Virus record (IMG/VR): IMGVR_UViG_3300034200_001454
Coordinates: 1 to 64,000 of that record
Direction: 5' to 3' (one strand)
From: a virus
Length of the DNA stretch: 64,000 nt
Each line of letters begins with the position of its first letter. Position 1 is the first letter of the stretch. A program made the position numbers and the translations under genes. Of the stretch, positions 24,624-36,047 are shown piece by piece. The notes beneath the pieces are model-generated. The model worked only from the letters and a program-made list of their open reading frames with translations, was not told where the DNA came from and searched no databases.

Positions 24624-27600
24624 ATGGCAGGTCAAAATGCTGACATGACCCTTAAGGTGGGTCTTGACCTTAATTTCTTCAGGCAGGAATTACAGAAAGC
24701 ATCGTCTTCTCTTGCAGGGCAGCCGATTGATATTAATGTTCGTTTTAAGAGGAATCAGATTACTAACGAATTGCGACTGCTCAGCAATTCGCTTAGCAGG
24801 AAAACATACGATGTTGAAGTAAAAAGCACAAGCCTCGAAGCCCTGCTAAAACAAGTAAATACTTTCAAGCAAACGCTCAAAAATCTCAAGGATGAAAAGA
24901 TTGAGCTGAGCATTAATGCTTCGGCCAACATTGAAAAATTTAGCAAAGAAAAAATCCGCAAGATACGGGCGCAAATTCGCAGCGATATTGTGTCTGGGGG
25001 AGCTGGAGAAATTCAGCTTCCGACAAAACTTGCTGCGCCAAGCACACCTGCATTTATTAAGGATGTAGCCAAAAAAGTAAAAGAGCAAATTAGCGCATCA
25101 TCTGCAGAAGGCGGTATTCCCATCGCGACAAAGCTTGCATTACCCGGCATTACGGACACGCTAAAAGCTCTGCAAAAAAATCTAAACCAAAAAGATCCAC
25201 TGCGAGTAAAAGTTAGTACAACGCCGTCAATCAAAAAGGCGGATGTAACCGCATTTAAAACTGCCGTCAGTGAAAAATTCAAGAACATCACCGTAAAGGT
25301 TAGGGCTGAGCTTGACACCGCCACTACTGTCGCGCAAGTCGCTACTGCCGGACCTTCTCGTACTTTCTTGCAAGAGCTGAAAGACTTAGACAAGAGCGCT
25401 CTTCAAAATATTTATAAAGCCGCTGGCGAAGATGCGCTACTGGCGTTTGATGAAGGAATTATCAATAACAAAGCAAAAATGGCGCAAGCCTTAAGCAAGG
25501 CGGGGGAAGACGCAAGCGCCGGGTTTATTGCCGCACTTGAAAATAAAAAGAGCGCTTTGTTTAAGGCTGCAGGCGAATACGGCGGCGCCTTGCTCAGCGG
25601 TTTGAAAAAAACTCTCAAAATACAATCTCCTTCGAGGGAGATGTTTGATATTGGCGATGATGCGGGCAAAGGTTTTGAACTCGGCCTGCTGAAAGCAATG
25701 GAGTTAGCGGAGAAGTCCGCTACCAATCAAATGCGGCGGATGTTAGACCGTCTCGCTCGAATGGCGCTCATGATGGGAGGCATGAGTGCGGCGGCAATTA
25801 ACAAACAAGTTGCGCAATCAAGGGCCCTGCCCAGTGTTAATTTTCCAGCGACTGTACCACCTAGTCAGAGCATTCCTATTGGGCCATCTTCTACTGGCAG
25901 GACTCTTCCTGCTAGTCGTGCTGCCGCTGGATTGATTGGAGCTGTACAGGCTCCTGTAGGCTTACTACCAAGCGCAACAAGACAGAGTGGACTTACTACT
26001 GGCCTTGAAGCCTTAATTCAATCACTCGTTTCCCAAAGTCGCGGGAGGGGGCCGGAAGGTCCTAGTTCCATTGTTTCCATGGAGACAGGATTTATTCCTG
26101 CGATGCGCGAACGCTTTGCGAAAGCTGCGGAACGCTATTTGTTTGGCGTTGAAACGCAAGTAATGGATTTGTTCGACGCTGCGTTGAGACAAGTGGAATC
26201 TGCAGTTGATTTGCATATCGCAAAGATTCAAGGGCAGATTTCGCAAAGAATGAGAAACGCTTTTTCCGTAGTGGATCTTGGCGTGCAGGAACGACCAATG
26301 CTTCCTGGTGCCGCTACAGGACAAGAGCCTCTAATGCTGCCTTCTGCAGGCGGAACAACACCGCAAGGACAGATGCGTTTCAACGCAGTTCGCACTGGCG
26401 AAGTTATTCCTTCTACACCATTGATGCTTCCGCCCGCTGGCGGCACCACGCCTCGCAGGGAAATGCGTTTCAATGCAGTGACATCTACTGGTGGACGAGG
26501 CGGCGGTTATGTCCCTCCCGGCGGTTTCCCGGAAGAGGGCATGCTTGGCATGCTTGGTGGGCGCCAAGGTCCAGCTACGTTTATTGGTGCTGGCAGTCAA
26601 ATGGTGAAACTTAAAGCTAATTTAGATGCCACTGTTCAATCAGTAGAGCAGTTCCGCAAGTCTCAGATACCGCTAGCAGGTACCATGCAAGAGCTTGCCG
26701 GAGAATTTGGAAACGCGGCTCAGCAAGTATTGCTTTATGGAACGGCTTACAAAGCGCTTGCATTCTTTGTGGGCCTTCCTGGTCAGGCTTTGAATGCAGC
26801 AAAAAGCTTACAAACATTTAACAACCAATTAAATGCAATCACTGGAAGTTCCGAGAATGCAGATCGGGCATTTGCTTTTGTCGATAATTTAGCTGCTCGT
26901 TTTAATGTGCCACTGGAAAGTGCTCGTCAGGGATTCGTAAAACTTTACGCTTCCATGGCTCCCGCTGGTTTTAGTAGCGGTGAAATTGAAAATCTATTCA
27001 GTGGAATTAGCAAAGCATCTGCAACTCTTGGACTTAGTTCCGATAAAGTTGATCGTGTTACTTATGCCTTCTCTCAAATGGCCAGTAAAGGTCAATTGAT
27101 GAGCGAGGAAGTTAGCGGCCAATTGGGCGACGTAATCCCAGGCGCGTTGTCAATCATGGCAGAAGCTGCTCGCATGGATATTGCCACGTTCAAGAAAGCG
27201 ATGGAAGACGGCGTATTCGTTGGAGAAACCTTCAAGCAGGTAATGAGCAATGTGCCTATTGTTTTGGAAAATCGTTTTGGGAAAGGAGCCGCTAACGCCG
27301 CGAAAACTCTTCAGGGTTCGATGAACGCTCTTGCTATTTCAACGCAAAAGTTTTATGAATCTTTTGAACCCATTGTTTCTATGGGCGCAGCTTCAATTTT
27401 CCCCATCATTGCTGTTGCCATTAATGATGCAACGCAAGCAGTACAGGCATTCACTGCTGCTATGCAGGGCAATACTACTCCCGCTCAAATGCTAGAAGGC
27501 AATGCTGCTCAAATTTATGGCGTATTGCAGCAATTAAGGGAAATCTTTGTAGCCGTCGCAGGAGTTATTCAAGGTATAGCTCCAACATTGATGATCGTCG

Positions 27601-30600
27601 GAAAAACATTTTTAACAACAGCGGAATACGTTGCAAAGCTTATTAATACACCAATCGGAGGTTTCCTTGCTGATCTTGCTGTCAAAGCCGGCATTGCGCT
27701 AATCGCTGTTCAGTTGCTTACAAAAACTGGAATAGTTGGATTGATTTCGCAGTTAATTTTGCTTCAAAGAAGCACTGCAGCGGCAGGCGGCGGTCTTCTC
27801 GCTTTTGCTGGTAATTTAACAAAAACAGGTACGGCTGCTAAACTTTTCAGACTTGCAATAACTGGACTAATTGGCGCTGGCATTTTGTTTGGCATCGAAG
27901 CTTTGGTCAATGCCATTGGCAGAATGGCCAATCGTTTGTCTGATGCAAGGAAAAATGCAATTGCTGCTCGCGATGCAATTAAATCAATGACTGGAGCCGA
28001 ACTTGGAGAGCAAATAATTGTTCAGCAAAACAAACTTCAAGCTTTAAGCAGAACTCAAAAAGCTGGAGGCAGGATAGGTTCTGAAAAAGATCGTCAAGCT
28101 TTAGAGCAAATGGGGATGAAGGTTTCGGCCACAGGCGGGACTTTTGTTGGAGGGCAGTTGATTGGCGGCAAGTATGCAGTTGACAAAAACTTGATTGAGT
28201 CTTTCCGAATTAGGGAGAAAGAGCAGCTAAAAGCAATTCAAGACCAAAGAAAATCGCTTTACGATACCACTCCTCTCCCGTTGAATGAGGTAGAGCTTGG
28301 CGCGGGGACAGGGGACGAAAAAGCAACCAAGAAAGCTCTCAATGACGCAGAGCAATTGGCGAAGCAAGAACAGCAGCGCCGCATTGAGCTTGCAAATTTT
28401 GCGAATGATATGCAAAAGATTGAATTTGACCGCGACGTACAGTTAAGTGACGCAGCTTTTGAGCACAAGAAAAGTCTTATTGATACACTCAATGAATATG
28501 AACTTTCTGGCCTCAATGATATACAGGCTCGCCAAGTTAAATTTGCCCAAGACCTTAAGAAGATTCAATTGAATGCAGTTGATGCTGTCAGGAAGGCATT
28601 GCAAAAATCTCAAGAAGCGCAATTGAACGTAGTCGCTGCGCAACGCACTGCACAAGCTGCCGGAGGAGGAGAGGGTCCATCTGTGGCCGGATTCACTCCA
28701 GCCGAATTATCCACTGCGACAGCCGCAGCGAGCAAGTTTACAGGTATCGCCAATATGTGCTCGGAATCCGTAAAAGCTTTTTACAAGAGCTTGGGAATTT
28801 CGCTGCCCGGCGTGACGGCATGGGCAGATACGGTGCGCAATGCCGGTACAACAATGAGGGATTGGTCCAAATTGACGCCCGGCGACATTGTTGCTACTGG
28901 CAGGCCTGGGGACACTCCTCACGTTGGTGTTTATACTGGCGGACAAAATGTATTCCACCAAAGCAGGAGCAGGGGATTGAAGGCTGGCAATTATCCAGAC
29001 CTTGATTACTTTAAGCAGGGTGGATACTTTGTTCGTCCCAATGGCGGAATGAAGCAATCATCTGCTTCTTTCTCCATGGATACAAAGGTGCAGAAAGAAA
29101 GCTTTGATTTGCAAAAACAGCTTGCTCAATCCACGAATCAGATTGCTTTGCAAAGTTTGGAAATCGAAAGAGCAATTCAACTAGCAAAAGAACAAACAGC
29201 GGCAACAATTAAAGCAAATATTGGCAACATTTTCCCTGTTGAGAAACAAAAGCTTGATCTTCAGTTGCAGCAAATGCGGAATAATTTAATTTTACAAGGC
29301 ATGCCACAAGAGTATATTGACTACGAAGAACAGCGTGCATTGAAGACGGAAGAGGCGGCTGCAGCTTCGTCGAAGATGAAGGACGCGATTAACGAAGCAA
29401 AAGTAGAGCTAAGTAAATACAATACCGAGGCGGCTAAGGGAATAGATTTGGCGCCAGAACAAAAAGCTCGCATGAAGATCCTTGAGGATCAAATTGCAGC
29501 GAATGAAGAAGGGCTTAAAAAATTAACGGACGCCCAGCGACAATCAAACATTGCTTCTCTTGAAAGTGCAATTGCGACGATGAAGCAAGCTGACGCGCTT
29601 AAGGCATTGCAAGAAAGATCAGAACGCATTAATCAATCCGTGGAGGGTGTCACTGGCACTTACAAAGATATGTTCAAGGAGATTGCCAAAGGCGGCGATT
29701 CAGTAGAAGCGCTTAAAAAAGCGCAAGAAGCTTTGGCCGATCAAGCGTTGACTATGTTCTTTGACTTTGCAATGCAGCCAGTTGAAAAGTTCTTCAAGGA
29801 TCAGTTGGGAGCAATTTTTGGAGTGCCAAACGAGGAGCAGCAAAGGCAGAAAACTATTTCTGCAATGGAAGCCCAATTAAAGGAACTACAAGCGCAGAAA
29901 CAAATACAAACAGACATTAAAAACAATACTGACAGAATGGTTGGCGCCGCTCCCGGTAATCAACAGGCTCAAGCTCTTCCTGGAGCGATGCCTTCAGCCA
30001 TTGTCCAAGGCATCGACGTGCCAATTGATCAGATGCCCGCAGGAATGCAATTTGAGGAGTCAATCGGTGCTGCTACTGAAAACCTGAACACTGCTACAGA
30101 AGGTGTCGCCGAAACTGTCAATAAAACGGCAGAAAAAACAAAAGAGGCTAACATTGATTGGCAAAAAGCACTGGGTGCAACGGTACAGGGTATTGGTGTC
30201 GCCGCAGGCTCAATTATGGGCATTGCTGCTGGCATTAACCAAACGAAAGAAGGTGGTTTTGCTAACACTCTTGGTGGCATTGGCATGATAATGAGCAGTG
30301 TCGGTGGTCTATTAGGTGGATTTAGTAATATTGCAGGCATGTTTAGAGGTGGAGGCGGAGCATCTGCCATTGTTCAAGGCGTAGACATTCCAGCATCAGC
30401 ATTGCCTCCCGGTATGGCATTCGCCAATGGTGGTATTGCCCATGGTGGCTTTATTCCCTTCCGTGCCTTCGCCAATGGAGGAGCTGTCTCTGGCCCCACT
30501 CTTGGCCTTGTAGGCGAAGGACGTTACAACGAAGCCATTGTTCCTCTTCCCGATGGCAGAAGCATTCCCGTACAGCTTGGCGGCAAGTCTGCTCGCGATC

Positions 30601-30827
30601 TCATGGGAGGCAATGCTCCTGGCATGCCTGCCGCTCCTTCTCTTAATATGAAATTCGAGACCACAAAGATTAATGGCGTAGAGTATGTAAGCAGGGAGCA
30701 GTTAGAAATGGCTATGGCAGAAACACGTCGTGCTTCCATTTCTGGAGGGGCAAAACAAGGCATGGCAATGACTTTAGATAAAATTAAACAAAGCCCCTCC
30801 ACTCGTTCTCGCATTGGTATGCGCTAA
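24624..30827 (+). CDS. tape measure protein with an embedded NlpC/P60-like peptidase domain
   Basis: AFSQMASKGQLMSEE..GQLGD tape-measure motif; C-terminal FANGG...LVGEG..EAIVPL; internal MCSESV...PGDIV...HVGVY. Confidence 0.93.
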   Translation: MAGQNADMTLKVGLDLNFFRQELQKASSSLAGQPIDINVRFKRNQITNELRLLSNSLSRKTYDVEVKSTSLEALLKQVNTFKQTLKNLKDEKIELSINASANIEKFSKEKIRKIRAQIRSDIVSGGAGEIQLPTKLAAPSTPAFIKDVAKKVKEQISASSAEGGIPIATKLALPGITDTLKALQKNLNQKDPLRVKVSTTPSIKKADVTAFKTAVSEKFKNITVKVRAELDTATTVAQVATAGPSRTFLQELKDLDKSALQNIYKAAGEDALLAFDEGIINNKAKMAQALSKAGEDASAGFIAALENKKSALFKAAGEYGGALLSGLKKTLKIQSPSREMFDIGDDAGKGFELGLLKAMELAEKSATNQMRRMLDRLARMALMMGGMSAAAINKQVAQSRALPSVNFPATVPPSQSIPIGPSSTGRTLPASRAAAGLIGAVQAPVGLLPSATRQSGLTTGLEALIQSLVSQSRGRGPEGPSSIVSMETGFIPAMRERFAKAAERYLFGVETQVMDLFDAALRQVESAVDLHIAKIQGQISQRMRNAFSVVDLGVQERPMLPGAATGQEPLMLPSAGGTTPQGQMRFNAVRTGEVIPSTPLMLPPAGGTTPRREMRFNAVTSTGGRGGGYVPPGGFPEEGMLGMLGGRQGPATFIGAGSQMVKLKANLDATVQSVEQFRKSQIPLAGTMQELAGEFGNAAQQVLLYGTAYKALAFFVGLPGQALNAAKSLQTFNNQLNAITGSSENADRAFAFVDNLAARFNVPLESARQGFVKLYASMAPAGFSSGEIENLFSGISKASATLGLSSDKVDRVTYAFSQMASKGQLMSEEVSGQLGDVIPGALSIMAEAARMDIATFKKAMEDGVFVGETFKQVMSNVPIVLENRFGKGAANAAKTLQGSMNALAISTQKFYESFEPIVSMGAASIFPIIAVAINDATQAVQAFTAAMQGNTTPAQMLEGNAAQIYGVLQQLREIFVAVAGVIQGIAPTLMIVGKTFLTTAEYVAKLINTPIGGFLADLAVKAGIALIAVQLLTKTGIVGLISQLILLQRSTAAAGGGLLAFAGNLTKTGTAAKLFRLAITGLIGAGILFGIEALVNAIGRMANRLSDARKNAIAARDAIKSMTGAELGEQIIVQQNKLQALSRTQKAGGRIGSEKDRQALEQMGMKVSATGGTFVGGQLIGGKYAVDKNLIESFRIREKEQLKAIQDQRKSLYDTTPLPLNEVELGAGTGDEKATKKALNDAEQLAKQEQQRRIELANFANDMQKIEFDRDVQLSDAAFEHKKSLIDTLNEYELSGLNDIQARQVKFAQDLKKIQLNAVDAVRKALQKSQEAQLNVVAAQRTAQAAGGGEGPSVAGFTPAELSTATAAASKFTGIANMCSESVKAFYKSLGISLPGVTAWADTVRNAGTTMRDWSKLTPGDIVATGRPGDTPHVGVYTGGQNVFHQSRSRGLKAGNYPDLDYFKQGGYFVRPNGGMKQSSASFSMDTKVQKESFDLQKQLAQSTNQIALQSLEIERAIQLAKEQTAATIKANIGNIFPVEKQKLDLQLQQMRNNLILQGMPQEYIDYEEQRALKTEEAAAASSKMKDAINEAKVELSKYNTEAAKGIDLAPEQKARMKILEDQIAANEEGLKKLTDAQRQSNIASLESAIATMKQADALKALQERSERINQSVEGVTGTYKDMFKEIAKGGDSVEALKKAQEALADQALTMFFDFAMQPVEKFFKDQLGAIFGVPNEEQQRQKTISAMEAQLKELQAQKQIQTDIKNNTDRMVGAAPGNQQAQALPGAMPSAIVQGIDVPIDQMPAGMQFEESIGAATENLNTATEGVAETVNKTAEKTKEANIDWQKALGATVQGIGVAAGSIMGIAAGINQTKEGGFANTLGGIGMIMSSVGGLLGGFSNIAGMFRGGGGASAIVQGVDIPASALPPGMAFANGGIAHGGFIPFRAFANGGAVSGPTLGLVGEGRYNEAIVPLPDGRSIPVQLGGKSARDLMGGNAPGMPAAPSLNMKFETTKINGVEYVSREQLEMAMAETRRASISGGAKQGMAMTLDKIKQSPSTRSRIGMR

Positions 30828-31222
30828 TGGCAGTTTTCCCTTCTATCAGACCGACTAGGCGCTCTTATACACCTGGACAATTCCCCACGAAAGTTTATCG
30901 AGGTCTTTCTGGTGCCACTGTAAAGCGCATCTTTGGCAATCGTTCATTTGGTCATTCCATCGAACTAGAGTTTGCCAACATCACTGATGCTAATGTGAAG
31001 CTTATTCTCGATCATTACTATGGACAAGCCGGAAACTACACCCGTTTTACTCTGCCCAACGATACATTTTCTGGCATGAGCGATAGTCTTCGCGGCGTTG
31101 TACAGGCTCCAACCAGTATTCTCTGGGAATATGCTCAACCTCCGCAAGTTGAAAGTGTGTTCAATGGAAGAAGCACTGTTACAGTGAGCCTGATTGGCGA
31201 GCTTGATTATTCTGGGGCCTGA
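30827..31222 (+). CDS. distal tail protein-like
   Basis: immediately after the TMP; FPSIRPTRRSYTPG, WEYAQPPQV. Confidence 0.65.
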   Translation: MAVFPSIRPTRRSYTPGQFPTKVYRGLSGATVKRIFGNRSFGHSIELEFANITDANVKLILDHYYGQAGNYTRFTLPNDTFSGMSDSLRGVVQAPTSILWEYAQPPQVESVFNGRSTVTVSLIGELDYSGA

Positions 31223-31227
31223 TTACA

Positions 31228-31737
31228 ATGATGCCAACAATTCGAGTGGCGCATTTTGCATTCATTCAAACAGCAAATGGACGATCGCACTACTATCAGA
31301 ACTATTTCTTTGGCAAGGATTTTACTGCCGTAGCAATTCCTGGTAGCGCTTCTCCTCTGTATCGTCACGCACCATTTCAAGCGCAGGGTTCTACTGCTGC
31401 ATTGGGAGGAGATAATCCTGCTTTGCAGCTTTTGTTTCCACATTCTCCTTTTGCTATTGCAATGGTGGAAGACGGAGAAGGCAATAGGCTTAGCACTTTA
31501 GAACTTAAGACAGTATGGATGGCAAACAGTGGAGACTTGACGAACTATGCAGCTTATACAGTAACCAGTCAATACGTGGAATACTACGTTGGCGTGGGTG
31601 CTGCATTTAGTGATACTACAATTGAACTACGTTTTAGAAGTGCAATGGATAGCGTGGGCGCTGGATTCCCAGGACAGCAATTGTCTAGGCAAAATGCAGG
31701 CATTCTCCCATTGAACTCTGATTTGATCCTGCAATGA
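31228..31737 (+). CDS. minor tail protein (lambda gpL-like position)
   Basis: synteny. Confidence 0.55.
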   Translation: MMPTIRVAHFAFIQTANGRSHYYQNYFFGKDFTAVAIPGSASPLYRHAPFQAQGSTAALGGDNPALQLLFPHSPFAIAMVEDGEGNRLSTLELKTVWMANSGDLTNYAAYTVTSQYVEYYVGVGAAFSDTTIELRFRSAMDSVGAGFPGQQLSRQNAGILPLNSDLILQ

Positions 31738-32129
31738 TCAATGATCTAATTGGTCTGTCTTACGAGCGACGTGCTCGACCCGCAGATGGCAATGGCAGAA
31801 GTGATTGCTTTATGCTCGTTTGTGAAGCACGAAGACGACTAGGGCTGCATGATTACGAACAAGATTTTCAATGGGCGTATGATCAATATGATGCAGGCAA
31901 TCTTCCAATGCCTCGCATTATGCGATGGCTATTGACCAACGGAAAGAAGACTACAGAATTGAATGATGGCAATGTAGCAATAATGAAGAATCTTGGTGGT
32001 GAGTTGGCAGTGGGAGTAGTTTATGATAGGGGGATACTTATCATTGCAAAAGGAGCAAGGTCGTTTTGGGTGGCCGAACCATCTCTTTCTGCGATCAAGC
32101 TATTTGCAATGCTGCCTGATATTAAGTGA
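31734..32129 (+). CDS. NlpC/P60-like tail assembly protein (gpK-like)
   Basis: DLIGLSY...DCFMLV...LG. Confidence 0.7.
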   Translation: MINDLIGLSYERRARPADGNGRSDCFMLVCEARRRLGLHDYEQDFQWAYDQYDAGNLPMPRIMRWLLTNGKKTTELNDGNVAIMKNLGGELAVGVVYDRGILIIAKGARSFWVAEPSLSAIKLFAMLPDIK

Positions 32130-35100
32130 TGAGACGCCTTCTTCCTTACGAACGTGCCTTGATTGATACTCTTGGCATTACAGAAGAAGATTACTTTCGT
32201 TTCATTGCTTATCAAGAGCAATATAAGGACATCAAGGATGGCAGCGTTTTAGATATTCGCAATGGCTTAGAAACTGGCACCGTAGCCTTAATTCTTTCCA
32301 TCGTAGGAACGCTTGCATCAGTAGCGTCTGCGCTATTGATGCCGCGTCCACAGATTCCTCAAGACGCTAGAGCAGGCGTTGGTCGCAGGGAGCGTAGATA
32401 TAGCCCTAGGTTTGGCTTCGATAGCGCTCAAGACTTAGCGCAATATGGCGATCCTGTTAATTTGGTTTACACAGACATTGATACTAATCCCGATGGCGGA
32501 GTGAGAGTGGCTTCGTCGTTGCTATGGTCTGCTGTGCATAGCTATGGCGGCAAGCAATACATGCAGATGCTTGCAACCATCGGCAGTTCTGACATTACAG
32601 AAATTGCCCCTAGTCGCACCGCTTTTGGACAAGTGCCACTCAGGCAATTTGTCAATGCCGGCAATTGGTTATATTTCCGCAATGGCGGCCCCGTCACTTT
32701 TGACAATCTTTTAAGGCCAGCAAGCGACACGTCTGACCCATCTCGTACGGGCAGAGCTGGCGGCGAGCTTGCTTATCGACCCTACATTGTCTCCACTGAA
32801 TCATTTGGTGGTTTTAGCCAAGCATTTTCTCCTTCATCGTTCTCTGAATTTGGGATTACCAGCCCCATCCCAATTAATGTCAATATTTTTGAGCGGGAAG
32901 ATGATGGCTCCCCAAAAGGCAGCCCTAATCGTATTGAGATGGAGGATAAGGGTATTTATTGGCCGGGTACATACGGAAGTGCTCGCACCCCATTTCCCGT
33001 TGGGCAGCAACTGAAGCTGCGCATTGCAAAAACTGATGGCAAAGGAGACTTGGCGGAAAAGGCGGCAGAGGAAGATCGCTTAGTTGCTGCTTCTTCTATT
33101 GATGGTGCCAGTATTTATAAACTTGGCAGTGCTAAGTTTAAAGTGGTTGGCATGAGCGGGAGCGAGGATTTAAACAATTCTGCTCTGAATGTGACATTGC
33201 AATGCACTGAAAGTGGCTTTGGTCCAGAGGAAGACTATAGCACTCGCAGTACGTTGCAGCAGGAAGATGAGCTTAGCTCTGCGATTCCTGCATTAAAAGC
33301 AGAAAGAGAACGACTAACTGCATTGTTTAACCCAACAATTACTGTTACAAATTTAACGGCAAAGCAAAGTGCTCTTTATTCAATGTTTAACGCGAAAACA
33401 TCTGAATTAGACGAATTGATAGATTCCATTAATTATTACGTGAGGGCAGATGTCACCGAGTTGGACGAATATGTTCTAGAACTGAGCGCGAATGAGTCAA
33501 TAAAGCCTGATGGCACGGTAGACAAAGAAAATCCTCGCTGGTTTCCACAGCGCATTGTAAATATAGCTAATACGATTAGAAATCTTGAGAGCGATATTGA
33601 AGACAAGAGGGATCGGATTGAAGAGGAAAAGAAAAAAAATAATCCGAACATTGGTCAAATAGACAGATGGCGCTCGGCAATAGTAACGGCAAAAAACGAC
33701 CTAGAACCACTGAGAAGAAAGCTGCTTAGTTTTATTAAGGACAAAAATTTATCAAACCAAACGTTGTTTAATTTCATTAACGATCTAGATCGAATCGTAA
33801 GAGAAATTGGGGCCGCATTCAACGATCAAGGTCTCAGCAGCGTAATCAATGCAAATGATTTTGGAGACATCGTAAAAGAAAGGCAAAGATTCGGGAAATT
33901 AGGAGCACGGCAAGAATTGCGTATTTTAAGGCGAGTCAAAAGCAGAATTAGTCAAATTGAAAACAGAGTGGCAAGCGTCATTCAAATTGACCAGCCAGCA
34001 ATTGATAGGTTTAACGCTGATATAAATCGGCAAATTCAAGCCATAGATGCACAAATTGCTGCGATTAAAGCCACGCTTGCAAGTCCAGAAGGACTTAATG
34101 ATTTCTTGGTTACAAAATGCCTAACAAAAATCCAAGAGGCTTCATATGAAACTGTGTCTGCTTGCAAAGTAGTAAACTTTGCCATTCGCGGCAAAGTGTT
34201 TATGCGTATACAAGGAAGACAAAAGCAATACGGGGACGTAACAGTCAATAACTATAGGCAGTCCGACAATGGACTAAAGCACCGCAGTGCTTTCTTCTTA
34301 ATGTTTGTAAAAGAAGTTGCTTCTCCTGACTGGTCCTTGGTGCCACGTATTTTTGTTTTACGGCGAGCCGCTGATAACGACTTTTTCTTTCCATTGTATT
34401 TTGAAGCACCTGATTCGTCTAAGCGTTGGGCCTTTAGGTTTGAGCCGGTCTTTGATACGCCTTCTGAAATGAGAAAGCACGGAACTCTTCCTTTCGTCTA
34501 TTTGTCTGCTGGTCAAACAGTAGAAAATATTTCTACGCTTGACATTCCAGGTGGCATTGGAAAGGTGAAATTCTATGGCAGCAATAGACAGCCCGCTGCC
34601 AGTAATCTTCCTCCTCGCAATAAAAGTCCTTTTGCTATTGATGAATGGTGTCTTTATCCTCCATCGTTAATTACTGATAGTGATACAACGACAGGTGCAA
34701 AAGAAGTGATTAAGGCATGTTCATCTGATGCCAATATTTCTTTTTCGTTTGAAAGTGGTCCTGAGTTTGAAATTACGGCAGTAACTGAACAGCAACAAGA
34801 TTTAAATTATGACGTAAATTTTCCTGCCATTTATCAAGACCTCACTCTGATTGGTTTTAATTGCTTTAGCGGCCAAGGCGTGCGCAGTCTGCGCTCACTG
34901 AGCGCATTTGTCCTCAAAGGCAAGCGTGTTAGGAGAATCAATGAAAGCACTGGCGTTTACCCTGCCAGCCCCGATGGTCCCAGCAATTTCGCTTCGGACA
35001 TTTTTCTTGATACTCTTCTTGATCCCAAGAATGGCATTGGCAAGTTTGCAAATATCAATGGAGTGGATCTGCAAAAGCTTGCATTTGCCAAGACAATGAA

Positions 35101-36004
35101 TAAAACGATGGGATACTACATGGATGGAGTGATTGCTGATGTTACATCGTGGCGTGAATTCTGGGCCGAGACAGCTCCTTACTGCATGCTGGAACTAGCG
35201 CGAATTGGCGGACGCGATACGCTTATTCCTGCGTTGCCCACTGACAACACGGGGCGTATTAACAGAGTGGTGACGATTAGTGCATTATTTAATCAGGGCA
35301 ATATTCTGGAAGACAGTTACAAGGAAGAGTTTTTGGACTATGGAGATTCAACACAGGACTTAGTGGCCACTGTCATCTATCGCGCTCCTGAACGAGACGG
35401 TGTGTTCCCTAAAAATACAAGTCTCGTAGTATCACTGTCCGATGTAAATGATGCCGATGCGCGTAGAGCTACGTTTGATTTGTCTCAGTTCGTCACGTCT
35501 CGCACGCAGGCATTGCACTATGGCATGCTGATGTGCATGCAAAGGCGGCATGTTAGAAGGGCTGTGGAATTCCAAACTTTTCCAACAGAAGCACCAGTAC
35601 AGCCCGGCTCCTATATTTACGTGCAAACAGACGAGAATCGCTGGGACAACATTAGCAGTGGCATCATTGAAGCAGGAGGGGTGTTAAATGCGCCCATTTC
35701 GGAAAGCCCTATCAATGGAACATTTTCTGTTCTGGTTTACGATGGTGCATCAACTACTGCTCGTCTCACTTCCATCGCTGTTTCCAATGGTCAAGCGCCT
35801 GCGTTGGCTCAGTATAAAGGATGGCTATTTGTACTAGGTTCATTGCTCACTCAAAAGCGCGTATTTCGCGTGACTGAAGTGGAGATGAGCGAAGAAGGAG
35901 AAGTGACCATCAAGGCAACGGAGCATCCATGCGAAGAATCCAATGGCCAGACCAGATCATTAATTGCACGACAAGATCCAAGCCTATTCAAGATCATCGG
36001 TTAA
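32126..36004 (+). CDS. tail tip / central hub protein (gpI-gpJ-like)
   Basis: LLPYERALIDTLG, QDLAQYG.PV.LVY, ALFNQGNILE, PGSYIYV; 1292 aa. Confidence 0.8.
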   Translation: MMRRLLPYERALIDTLGITEEDYFRFIAYQEQYKDIKDGSVLDIRNGLETGTVALILSIVGTLASVASALLMPRPQIPQDARAGVGRRERRYSPRFGFDSAQDLAQYGDPVNLVYTDIDTNPDGGVRVASSLLWSAVHSYGGKQYMQMLATIGSSDITEIAPSRTAFGQVPLRQFVNAGNWLYFRNGGPVTFDNLLRPASDTSDPSRTGRAGGELAYRPYIVSTESFGGFSQAFSPSSFSEFGITSPIPINVNIFEREDDGSPKGSPNRIEMEDKGIYWPGTYGSARTPFPVGQQLKLRIAKTDGKGDLAEKAAEEDRLVAASSIDGASIYKLGSAKFKVVGMSGSEDLNNSALNVTLQCTESGFGPEEDYSTRSTLQQEDELSSAIPALKAERERLTALFNPTITVTNLTAKQSALYSMFNAKTSELDELIDSINYYVRADVTELDEYVLELSANESIKPDGTVDKENPRWFPQRIVNIANTIRNLESDIEDKRDRIEEEKKKNNPNIGQIDRWRSAIVTAKNDLEPLRRKLLSFIKDKNLSNQTLFNFINDLDRIVREIGAAFNDQGLSSVINANDFGDIVKERQRFGKLGARQELRILRRVKSRISQIENRVASVIQIDQPAIDRFNADINRQIQAIDAQIAAIKATLASPEGLNDFLVTKCLTKIQEASYETVSACKVVNFAIRGKVFMRIQGRQKQYGDVTVNNYRQSDNGLKHRSAFFLMFVKEVASPDWSLVPRIFVLRRAADNDFFFPLYFEAPDSSKRWAFRFEPVFDTPSEMRKHGTLPFVYLSAGQTVENISTLDIPGGIGKVKFYGSNRQPAASNLPPRNKSPFAIDEWCLYPPSLITDSDTTTGAKEVIKACSSDANISFSFESGPEFEITAVTEQQQDLNYDVNFPAIYQDLTLIGFNCFSGQGVRSLRSLSAFVLKGKRVRRINESTGVYPASPDGPSNFASDIFLDTLLDPKNGIGKFANINGVDLQKLAFAKTMNKTMGYYMDGVIADVTSWREFWAETAPYCMLELARIGGRDTLIPALPTDNTGRINRVVTISALFNQGNILEDSYKEEFLDYGDSTQDLVATVIYRAPERDGVFPKNTSLVVSLSDVNDADARRATFDLSQFVTSRTQALHYGMLMCMQRRHVRRAVEFQTFPTEAPVQPGSYIYVQTDENRWDNISSGIIEAGGVLNAPISESPINGTFSVLVYDGASTTARLTSIAVSNGQAPALAQYKGWLFVLGSLLTQKRVFRVTEVEMSEEGEVTIKATEHPCEESNGQTRSLIARQDPSLFKIIG

Positions 36005-36047
36005 GCAATTAGAATTTTGCTAGTATTAAAACAAAAGCTTTAGAACA

